From Bacteroidota bacterium (lineage in GTDB: Bacteria > Bacteroidota > Bacteroidia > Bacteroidales > GCA-2748055), in contig JBDLIM010000002.1 of NCBI GenBank assembly GCA_039714915.1, forward strand, positions 7,309-71,308: DNA of 64,000 bases, given 5' to 3'. Positions 28,329-36,728 of the stretch are shown here, in pieces. The position numbers were made by a program, and so were the translations under genes. The notes below the pieces were generated by a model, which searched no databases, was not told the DNA's origin, and worked only from the letters and a program-made list of their open reading frames with translations. The first letter of the stretch is position 1, and every line of letters begins with the position of its first letter.

Positions 28329-30221
28329 ATGATTTACGGAGTATCATATTTAGCAATTGCATTGTTCGTCGTTTTTGTATTGATTGTACTGGGTTTGTCA
28401 TTTTACTTTGGTTCAAAAACTAAATCTGCCAGCAGCTATTTTGCTGCTGGGGGTACAATTCACTGGGGTGTAAATGGAATAGCTTTCGCAGGTGATTATC
28501 TTTCCGCTGCTTCTTTTCTGGGTATTTGCGGGATGATTGCTTTTGTAGGCTATGATGGGTTCCTCTATTCTATTGGTTACCTGGCTGGCTGGATTGTAGC
28601 ACTTTTCCTTGTTGCCGAACCCATGAAGCGCTTGGGAAAATATACGTTTACTGACGCGCTGGATTCAAAGTTTAATTCTAAAGCCATTCAGCTTACGGCA
28701 GCTATTAGTACACTGATTGTTTCCATATTCTACCTGATCCCCCAGATGGTAGGTGCCGGTACCCTCGTGGAACCACTACTTGGGCTTGACCACTGGGTTG
28801 GGGTTGTTATTGTAGGCGCAGTGGTGATTTTTATAGTTGCAACGGCTGGCATGACATCAACAACATACGTTCAGTTTATAAAAGGGGGATTACTGATCAT
28901 TTTTTCTACAATTCTTACCATTTATATTCTTAACAACGGTTTAAACCTTAATCCCGATAATAAAAATCAGGAGTTTCATAAGCCTATAACATTAACAGCC
29001 GAAAACATGCAGGGCTTTACTGCTGTTTCCAGTATTGATGTTAAAGATGCTTCGTCGGTAGTAAAAATGGAAAAAGATGGCATTTATCGCTGGTTTACTA
29101 AAAACGGGGATACATTCGAGGAGGCATTGTCTATTACAAGAACAAGTGATGGAAGAAAACTATACAATGGTGCAGAAAAAGAGGAAGGAGAGTTCTTCCA
29201 GGTAGGTAACATGGTTAAAATTATCAAGGATGGAGAGGAAGTTGAATCAACCGGGAGAGTAAGCCCTTTCAAATTTTTAAGCATCATTAATTCAAGCGAA
29301 GTTGCACGATATGTAAAAGTAATATTTGATGATGGTGGTAATGAAGTAACTGCCTATGTTAAGAAAGTAACCCCCGGAAAAGAGATGCTAATTCCCGGGT
29401 TGAAATTTAAAATTGGGAAAGGTGCTACGCCCTTATCAAAATTGAATTTCATATCTCTTATGCTTGCTCTATTCCTTGGTACAGCTTCATTGCCCCATAT
29501 CCTTATCCGTTATTATACGGTCCCCAGTCAACGCGATGCCAGGAAATCCACCATTGTTGCAATTGCTGCCATTGGGTTCTTCTATGTTCTGACCATGTTT
29601 ATGGGATTGGGTGCTGCAACGAATGGTGTATTAAACATGGAAGACGGAAATATGTCAGCCCCACTCGTTGCCAAAGCTTTTGGTATTGGATTATTTGCTA
29701 TTATATCAGCTATAGCTTTTGCAACCATCCTGGGAACAGTTAGTGGCCTTATTGTTGCTTCATCGGGTGCTATTGCCCACGATCTGGTTGACAGATATAT
29801 GGGTAAAAAGCTTTCTGATAAAGACAAAGTGAAAGCGGGGAAGATAGCTGCATTTAGCGTGGGTGTTGTGGCTATTGTTCTGGGAATAATATTTAAAGGG
29901 ATGAATGTTTCTTTCCTTGTTGGTTGGGCTTTTGCTGTTGCAGCGTCAGCAAACTTGCCGGCAATATTAATGTTGCTGTTCTGGAAAAAAACGACTGCAA
30001 AAGGTATTGCATGGTCAATTGTTGTTGGTATTGTAAGCGCCATTGGTATTATTATAACGGGCCCTTCAATAAGTAAACAATTTTTCAGGACTGAAGGATT
30101 GCACGGCCTGGATTCACCGGCAATAATTTCCTTTACACTGGCATTGCTTACACTTATTGTTGTTTCGTTAGCAACACAGAAAGATAACGATAAGATAGCC
30201 ACAAAAGAAAGTGCTCGATAA
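28329..30221 (+). CDS. actP: Cation/acetate symporter (SSS family, ActP-like) with an enlarged hydrophilic loop
   Basis: 'YFAAGGTIHWGVNGIAFAGDYLSAASFLG' and 'LGTASLPHILIRYYTV' match ActP-type SSS transporters. It is 630 aa, whereas E. coli ActP as I recall it is about 550 aa. Confidence 0.88.
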   Translation: MIYGVSYLAIALFVVFVLIVLGLSFYFGSKTKSASSYFAAGGTIHWGVNGIAFAGDYLSAASFLGICGMIAFVGYDGFLYSIGYLAGWIVALFLVAEPMKRLGKYTFTDALDSKFNSKAIQLTAAISTLIVSIFYLIPQMVGAGTLVEPLLGLDHWVGVVIVGAVVIFIVATAGMTSTTYVQFIKGGLLIIFSTILTIYILNNGLNLNPDNKNQEFHKPITLTAENMQGFTAVSSIDVKDASSVVKMEKDGIYRWFTKNGDTFEEALSITRTSDGRKLYNGAEKEEGEFFQVGNMVKIIKDGEEVESTGRVSPFKFLSIINSSEVARYVKVIFDDGGNEVTAYVKKVTPGKEMLIPGLKFKIGKGATPLSKLNFISLMLALFLGTASLPHILIRYYTVPSQRDARKSTIVAIAAIGFFYVLTMFMGLGAATNGVLNMEDGNMSAPLVAKAFGIGLFAIISAIAFATILGTVSGLIVASSGAIAHDLVDRYMGKKLSDKDKVKAGKIAAFSVGVVAIVLGIIFKGMNVSFLVGWAFAVAASANLPAILMLLFWKKTTAKGIAWSIVVGIVSAIGIIITGPSISKQFFRTEGLHGLDSPAIISFTLALLTLIVVSLATQKDNDKIATKESAR

Positions 30222-30297
30222 AAGCGGTTCACCATTATGATAAAGCCCAGGCTTTGTGGGACCGGTACTAATGAACCAAAGAATTAAACAAAACATC

Positions 30298-31551
30298 ATG
30301 AAACGAACGCTTATTGTGGCCCTGGGAATGGTCATAGCCCTGGCTGTAGATGCCCAGGAAGAATCAAAATTCGGAGTAAAGTTCTCCGGATTTGTAAAAA
30401 ACGACTTTTTCTGGGATTCCAGGCAGACTGTTGCAGCAAGGGAGGGACATTTCCTGCTCTGGCCTTCTCCTGAACTCCTGGATGCAAACGGGGAAGATAT
30501 CAACGCGGATGCCTCCTTTAACTTCCTGGCCATACAATCCAGATTAGGTGCATCCCTTAAGGGACCAGATGCATTTGGTGCCAAAACATCGGGATTGATA
30601 GAGGGAGACTTTTTTGCCCAGGCCAATGACAACATCAACCTGTTTCGTTTAAGGCATGCCTTTATTAAGCTCAACTGGACGCACCTGGAGGTGATGGCAG
30701 GACAGTTCTGGAATCCGCTGTTTGTTACGGGCTGCTTTCCCGGAACCGTATCCTTTAACACGGGAACACCCCTGCAATCTTTTGCCAGAAACCCTCAATT
30801 GAGGTTCACTTATAAAACAGGGGGATTCAGCATCCTTGCAGCTGCCCTTTCCCAGCGGGACTACTCCAATGTGGGTGAATCCGGGGGAAGCTCAAGTTAC
30901 CTGAGAAACTCCTCTGTTCCTGATATGCACCTGCAATTACACTATGGCACAAGCAATGAATCCGGTATAAATGTACTGGCCGGAGCAGGCATGGCATATA
31001 AAACCATTGTACCGAGAACTTCAAGCACAATCACCGGAAACACATATAAAGTGAATGAAAAAGTAGGCGGCCTGACTGCCATTGCCTTTTCGAAACTGAC
31101 CTCAGATCCTGTCACCGTGAAGTTGCAGGTCCGCTACGGCGAGAACATTTCTGATCTGTTGGCCATCAGCGGATTCGGAGTATCAGACATTGTTGATCTA
31201 AGTACAGGAGAGCGGGCATATACTCCCCTGAAGAGCATGACTTTCTGGGGAGAGATACATACCAACGGCAATCCCCAGGTAGGCATTTTTGGAGGATTGA
31301 CCAGTAACAACGGCACCAAAGAAGCTCTGGCCATTCCGGGTACCTTTGTATTCGGACGGGCCACCACCATCAGGACCCTCTTCCGGATTTCTCCACGGAT
31401 TCAATACAATGCGGGAAAAGTCAGGCTTGCCGCTGAAGTCGAATATACAAATGCAGATTATGGGTCTGGTTATGATGAGTTTTACATTCCCTCTGAAACC
31501 ACTTCGGTGGCTAACCTGAGGGCCCTCTTTGCCATTTATTATTTCTTCTAA
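30298..31551 (+). CDS. Outer-membrane porin-like beta-barrel
   Basis: Signal peptide 'MKRTLIVALGMVIALAVDAQ', alternating strand pattern and C-terminal 'FAIYYFF'. ATG 30298 is preferred over GTG 30256. Confidence 0.65.
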   Translation: MKRTLIVALGMVIALAVDAQEESKFGVKFSGFVKNDFFWDSRQTVAAREGHFLLWPSPELLDANGEDINADASFNFLAIQSRLGASLKGPDAFGAKTSGLIEGDFFAQANDNINLFRLRHAFIKLNWTHLEVMAGQFWNPLFVTGCFPGTVSFNTGTPLQSFARNPQLRFTYKTGGFSILAAALSQRDYSNVGESGGSSSYLRNSSVPDMHLQLHYGTSNESGINVLAGAGMAYKTIVPRTSSTITGNTYKVNEKVGGLTAIAFSKLTSDPVTVKLQVRYGENISDLLAISGFGVSDIVDLSTGERAYTPLKSMTFWGEIHTNGNPQVGIFGGLTSNNGTKEALAIPGTFVFGRATTIRTLFRISPRIQYNAGKVRLAAEVEYTNADYGSGYDEFYIPSETTSVANLRALFAIYYFF

Positions 31552-31552
31552 G

Positions 31553-34378
31553 CTATAGTTTGGCGACCAGATATTGTCCTGTATAAGATCCTTTAGACGG
31601 AATCTCTTCCGGGGTGCCCTGGAATACAATGTTCCCGCCTCTGTCTCCCCCTTCCGGGCCCAGGTCAATAATCCAGTCGGCGTACTTGATCACCTCCAGG
31701 TTGTGCTCAATTACCAGGACCGTATGCCCTTTTTCAAGAAGTGATTCCAGGGAGGCAAGCAACAAAGATATATCATGCATATGCAAGCCCGTGGTGGGTT
31801 CATCGAATATGAACAGGACTTTATCTTCGTCCGATTCCTTACTCAGGAAATAGGCCAGCTTAATACGCTGACTTTCTCCTCCGCTAAGGGTACTGGACGA
31901 TTGTCCCAGCTTTACATAACCCAATCCAACCTGTTGAAGGGGCCTGAGTTTCTTCACAATTCTCTTCTCTGTGGAATTATCCAGCCCGCTAAAAAACTCG
32001 ATGGCCTCATTGATAGTCATTTCCAGGACATCGAATATATTCTTTTCCCGGTAAGTGACGTTCAGGATCTCGTCCTTAAACCGTTTGCCATGACAGCTAT
32101 CACAAATAAGCCTTACGTCAGCCATGAATTGCATTTCCACCTTAATCTCTCCTTCTCCCTGGCACTCATCGCAGCGTCCGCCATCTATGTTGAATGAGAA
32201 GTGGGAGGCCTTGTACCCATTAATCTTTGAAGCTTGCTGGGCAGCAAATAGCTTGCGGATCTCATCGAATGCCTTCAGATAGGTCACAGGATTGGATCTG
32301 GAAGATTTACCAATGGGATTCTGATCCACAAATTCCACCCGATCCACCAGGTGGATGTCCCCGGCCAGCAAATCGTGCTTCCCGGGTTTATCACCAGCTC
32401 CGTGCAAGTGCTTATTCAGGGCCGGATACAGGATGGAACTTACCAGGCTCGATTTACCCGATCCGCTTACCCCTGTCACCACCGTAAGAATACCCAGGGG
32501 GAACTTTACATTAATGCCTGCCAGGTTGTTCTCCCGCGCCCCGATTACTTCCAGGTAATTGTTCCATTTCCTTCTGTCCTGAGGGACCGGAATTTTATCA
32601 ATCCCATTCATATACCTGGCTGTCAAGCTGTAAGCCTCATTCAACAGCTCCTGGTGCCCTCCCTGGAAGACCACTTCTCCCCCATGCCTTCCTGCCATGG
32701 GCCCCATGTCAATTACATGGCTGGCCGCTCTTATGATCTCTTCATCATGCTCCACGATAAGCACCGTATTTCCCAGTTGCTGCAATTCCTTCAGCACTGT
32801 GATAAGTTGATCCGTATCCCGAGAGTGCAATCCAATGCTGGGTTCATCCAGGATATACAGGGACCCAACCAGGCTGCTGCCCAGGGAGGTAGCCAGGTTG
32901 ATCCTCTGACTCTCCCCCCCCGAAAGGGTGGATGACAACCTGTTCAGGGTAAGGTATCCGAGTCCGACACTGGTCATATAACCTAGCCTGCTGTAAATCT
33001 CTTTCAACAGGCGATCCGCCACTTCAAGCTCCTTTTTAGTAATTTTCAGTTTGCGGAAATATTTCTCCAGGGCTGAAATGGGCAGATCTACCAGATCACT
33101 GATGATCTTTCCTCCCACCTTCACAAATCCGGCTTCTTTCCTCAAGCGGCTCCCCCCACACTCGGGACAAATGGTTTTCCCCCGATAACGCGAAAGCATC
33201 ACCCTGTACTGGATTTTGTATTTCTTTTCCTCTAAATGCGCAAAGAAACGGTTCAGGCCCCGGAAATACCTGTTTCCTTTCCAGAGCAAAGATAGTTGCT
33301 CTTCACTAAGCTGGGAATAGGGTGTATGAATGGGAAAATCCAGCTGCTCAGCCTTCATCACCAGTTTCTCCTTCCATTTCTTCATTTTTTCACCCTTCCA
33401 GCATACGATTGCATCGTCATATACCGACAAGCGCTTATCGGGTACCACCAGGTCCTCATCAATGCCCATTACCTTCCCGTAGCCTTCGCAAGCGGGACAG
33501 GCACCCAAAGGGTTATTAAAACTGAACAAATGCTCGGAAGGTTCGTCAAACTCCATTCCATCTGCCTCAAACCTGGTGGAAAACTCCTCTGCTGCATATG
33601 CTTCAGGATCCCAGATCGTGCAGTGACCGTGACCGATTTGAAGAGCTGTCTGCACGGAGTCCCCGAAGCGGCTTACCGATTCCTCATCCTTTTGTACTAC
33701 CACCCTGTCGATCACCAGATGAAGAAGGTAGTTCTCTGTCCCCTTCTCATTTCCTTTCAGCTCTTCCAGTTCTACAATCTTCTTATCCACCAGTGCCCGT
33801 GTCATTCCCTGCTGGATAAAGATATCCAGTTGATAATCCAGGTCCTTTTCCGCATTCAGACAAACAGTGGAAAGCATGATTAAGCGCTTGCCCTCATCCT
33901 GACCCAGGATGTAATCCACCACATCGGTCACTGTATGGCGTTTCACCAGTTTCCCTGAAACGGGAGAATATGTTTTACCAATCCTGGCAAAAAGAAGTTT
34001 GATGTAATCATATATTTCAGTGGATGTACCCACTGTGGAACGCGGATTGCGGGTATTTACCTTTTGCTCAAGCGCCACAGCAGGAGGAATTCCGTGAATA
34101 AAGTCCACATCAGGCTTATCGATCCGGCCAAGGAACTGCCTGGCATAAGCCGACAGGCTTTCCACATAGCGTCTCTGACCCTCGGCATACAGGGTATCAA
34201 ATGCGAGTGAGGATTTCCCTGAACCAGATAAGCCAGTAATGACCACCATTTCATCCCTGGGAATGCGCAATTCGACGTTTTTCAAATTATGCACACGGGC
34301 TCCTTTGATATGAATTTCCTGTTCTTTAATAGCTGGCATAGTTGTTGTGCCAAAAATACTATTATTTTGTAATAACAA
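31553..34378 (-). CDS. uvrA: Excinuclease ABC subunit A
   Basis: 941 aa. Two ABC modules ('GLSGSGKSSLAFDT', 'GVSGSGKSSLV'), LSGGE signatures and CxxC zinc modules. Confidence 0.97.
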   Translation of the reverse strand: MLLQNNSIFGTTTMPAIKEQEIHIKGARVHNLKNVELRIPRDEMVVITGLSGSGKSSLAFDTLYAEGQRRYVESLSAYARQFLGRIDKPDVDFIHGIPPAVALEQKVNTRNPRSTVGTSTEIYDYIKLLFARIGKTYSPVSGKLVKRHTVTDVVDYILGQDEGKRLIMLSTVCLNAEKDLDYQLDIFIQQGMTRALVDKKIVELEELKGNEKGTENYLLHLVIDRVVVQKDEESVSRFGDSVQTALQIGHGHCTIWDPEAYAAEEFSTRFEADGMEFDEPSEHLFSFNNPLGACPACEGYGKVMGIDEDLVVPDKRLSVYDDAIVCWKGEKMKKWKEKLVMKAEQLDFPIHTPYSQLSEEQLSLLWKGNRYFRGLNRFFAHLEEKKYKIQYRVMLSRYRGKTICPECGGSRLRKEAGFVKVGGKIISDLVDLPISALEKYFRKLKITKKELEVADRLLKEIYSRLGYMTSVGLGYLTLNRLSSTLSGGESQRINLATSLGSSLVGSLYILDEPSIGLHSRDTDQLITVLKELQQLGNTVLIVEHDEEIIRAASHVIDMGPMAGRHGGEVVFQGGHQELLNEAYSLTARYMNGIDKIPVPQDRRKWNNYLEVIGARENNLAGINVKFPLGILTVVTGVSGSGKSSLVSSILYPALNKHLHGAGDKPGKHDLLAGDIHLVDRVEFVDQNPIGKSSRSNPVTYLKAFDEIRKLFAAQQASKINGYKASHFSFNIDGGRCDECQGEGEIKVEMQFMADVRLICDSCHGKRFKDEILNVTYREKNIFDVLEMTINEAIEFFSGLDNSTEKRIVKKLRPLQQVGLGYVKLGQSSSTLSGGESQRIKLAYFLSKESDEDKVLFIFDEPTTGLHMHDISLLLASLESLLEKGHTVLVIEHNLEVIKYADWIIDLGPEGGDRGGNIVFQGTPEEIPSKGSYTGQYLVAKL

Positions 34379-34483
34379 TTATTTTTCCTTAATTGCAACG
34401 TTTGCGAATTATTAACGTACACATAATTTAAACAACCTGCCTATCGGAAAAACCTTTACGCTTAACCAACAGGAAAGAGTGTA

Positions 34484-35074
34484 GTGAAAGAGATTGTAGT
34501 GAACGACCAGGATTTGGTTCAAGCATATATCAAAGGTGACCAGTCAGCCATTGAAGTCTTAATTAACAGGCATCGTAGCAAGGTGTATACATACATATTG
34601 CTTACAATTAAAAATCAACAACTGGCTGAAGATCTTTTCCAGGAGACCTTTATTAAAGTGATCCAGTCACTCCGCGGAGGAAAATACCGGGATAATGGCA
34701 GATTTTTGTCGTGGGTCATACGCATTGCCCACAACCTGATCATCGATCATTTCAGGAAAGAGAAGCAGATGAACTCGGTGTCCAATGATAATTCGGAAGT
34801 GGATCTGTTTAACTCTAAAAAGTTCTCGGATTCCAACATTGAGGAACTTATCGTCAACAGCCAGATTAAAGCAGAGATCCGAACCCTGATCAACGAATTA
34901 CCGGACGATCAGCGTGAGGTTGTGCTGCTCAGACATTACGGGGGACTCAGTTTTAAAGAGATCGCCGATCAGACCGATGTAAGCATCAATACAGCGCTGG
35001 GGAGAATGCGATATGCACTGATCAATCTGCGGAAATTAATCAAGGAAAAGGACCTCTCTCTTACGGTCTATTAA
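34484..35074 (+). CDS. ECF-type RNA polymerase sigma-70 family factor
   Basis: Region 2 'DLFQETFIKV...WVIRIAHNLIIDHFR' and region 4 HTH 'LSFKEIADQTDVSINTALGRMRYA'. GTG start. Confidence 0.85.
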   Translation: MKEIVVNDQDLVQAYIKGDQSAIEVLINRHRSKVYTYILLTIKNQQLAEDLFQETFIKVIQSLRGGKYRDNGRFLSWVIRIAHNLIIDHFRKEKQMNSVSNDNSEVDLFNSKKFSDSNIEELIVNSQIKAEIRTLINELPDDQREVVLLRHYGGLSFKEIADQTDVSINTALGRMRYALINLRKLIKEKDLSLTVY

Positions 35075-35150
35075 GTTTTTTTCACATTTTTTCACAATAA
35101 TCCATACACATAGGCGTTTTTATTACTGAAAACCTAAGTAATAATTGCCT

Positions 35151-35330
35151 ATGGTAAAAGTTTCTACCCTATTCCACCGGGTGGATGGATTTGATAGTAC
35201 AGAACAACCATCGGAAATCCCGGCCTTATCGGATCAAAACAATGAAGACAACTTCCTGCAAGCTTTGCTGGAACCCCTGATCTTCGATCCGGGAGACAAA
35301 CTGGTACAAACCATTTTAAAAAGAATTTGA
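35151..35330 (+). CDS. Small acidic hypothetical protein downstream of the ECF sigma gene
   Basis: 59-aa ORF between the sigma gene and a strong terminator. It has no TM segment and no recognisable family, so coding status is unproven. Confidence 0.4.
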   Translation: MVKVSTLFHRVDGFDSTEQPSEIPALSDQNNEDNFLQALLEPLIFDPGDKLVQTILKRI

Positions 35331-35361
35331 AAAAAGAGGCTCTAACGGGCCTCTTTTTTTG
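35331..35361 (+). terminator. Rho-independent terminator
   Basis: GAGGC(TC)/(GG)GCCTC stem flanked by AAAAA and TTTTTTT. Confidence 0.8.
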
Positions 35362-35471
35362 TGACATGATACCTGATAAAAAAGTTCCGCGAATTGGCTG
35401 ATTTTTGACTGTTTCCTGACATAAACGGTTATTATCCCTCCTACTCCACAAGAATATGAATTGATCCGATT

Positions 35472-36167
35472 TCATGCCAGAAAACTAATGGCAGAACATA
35501 TGTATACCCCTGCAGTTTCGGTTCTTAAACGGGAATCGCCCAAGGAGTAGGGAGTATAGTCAGCCTGAAGTGCCTGTTGAACTTCTTTTTCAGTGAAATC
35601 GCCTTCTGGGCCTACCAAAAAGGTGTAGGGAGATTGAAGGGATAGATCCGAAATGGCATTTCGTTCAGTTGATAAACAATGGGCGATCCCTTTGGTCCCC
35701 TCCCTGTCGGTCCCCAGGAAATCTCCCAGGGATTGAGCAGCATGCAGGATGGGTTTATAGGCCTTCAGGGATTGTTTCATGGCCGAAATCAGGATACGTT
35801 CCAGGCGTTCCGGCTTTACCTGTTTACGTTCGTTGCGGTGGCAGATCAGGGGGGTGATCTCAGATATTCCGATCTCGGTGGCCTTTTCCAGGAACCATTC
35901 AAAGCGGTCCATGTTCTTGGTGGGAGAAATTGCCAGGTGAAGATGGTAAGACAGGGGCTGAAAATCCGGGGTATGGGACCGGATCCTCAGGCTGCAGCGT
36001 TTGGGATGGTCATCTTCGATTAATGCTTCATACCAGCCACCCCTGCCATCGATAAGTACCACCTGATCGCCCTTTAGCAACCTGAGCACCCGAATGGCAT
36101 GCTTGGATTCCTTCTCATCCAGAGTGAAAACATCCCCGTCAATATGAGGACTGTAAAAGAGATTCAT
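35472..36167 (-). CDS. rsmE: 16S rRNA (uracil1498-N3)-methyltransferase
   Basis: 231 aa. 'HAIRVLRLLKGDQV' and C-terminal 'GPEGDFTEKEV...LGDSRLRTETA', typical of RsmE. Confidence 0.85.
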   Translation of the reverse strand: MNLFYSPHIDGDVFTLDEKESKHAIRVLRLLKGDQVVLIDGRGGWYEALIEDDHPKRCSLRIRSHTPDFQPLSYHLHLAISPTKNMDRFEWFLEKATEIGISEITPLICHRNERKQVKPERLERILISAMKQSLKAYKPILHAAQSLGDFLGTDREGTKGIAHCLSTERNAISDLSLQSPYTFLVGPEGDFTEKEVQQALQADYTPYSLGDSRLRTETAGVYICSAISFLA

Positions 36168-36218
36168 TTGATGGATTTGAACTTAAAAATAGTAAATTAC
36201 CCGCCAATTTTCAACGAA

Positions 36219-36722
36219 ATGATCAGAATAGGGCTCCTCTCTGACACCCATGGTTTCTTCGATCCGCGCATTACAAAATATTTCTCTGAATGCGATGAAA
36301 TATGGCATGCAGGAGATATCGGGGATTTCGAGGTGATAAAAATGCTTTCCCGGATTGCACCGGTGATTGCGGTATATGGAAATATCGATGGAACAGCCAT
36401 TCGCTCCAGGTACCCCGGACATCAGCGCCTGGTAAGGGAAGGTGTAAACCTCTGGATGACCCATATCGGAGGCTACCCCGGCAATTACGACTACAGGGTT
36501 AAGCCCCTCATTCACAAGGAACCTCCGGGTTTATTCATATCTGGCCACTCACATATTCTGAAAGTGATGCCCGATAAGAAACTGGGATTTCTGCACATGA
36601 ATCCCGGAGCTGCCGGCCGGAACGGCCTGCATAAAGTAAGAACCCTGATCAGGTTTGAAGTGGATGATGGAAGGATTGACCATGTGGATGTGATTGAACT
36701 GGGTCCCAGATCCTCCGGGTAG
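36219..36722 (+). CDS. YfcE/MJ0936-family metallophosphoesterase
   Basis: 'MIRIGLLSDTHG', 'WHAGDIG', 'GNIDG' and 'SGHSHI'. The start was moved from 36099 to ATG 36219 to remove the overlap with rsmE. Confidence 0.8.
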   Translation: MIRIGLLSDTHGFFDPRITKYFSECDEIWHAGDIGDFEVIKMLSRIAPVIAVYGNIDGTAIRSRYPGHQRLVREGVNLWMTHIGGYPGNYDYRVKPLIHKEPPGLFISGHSHILKVMPDKKLGFLHMNPGAAGRNGLHKVRTLIRFEVDDGRIDHVDVIELGPRSSG

Positions 36723-36728
36723 CAGCTG

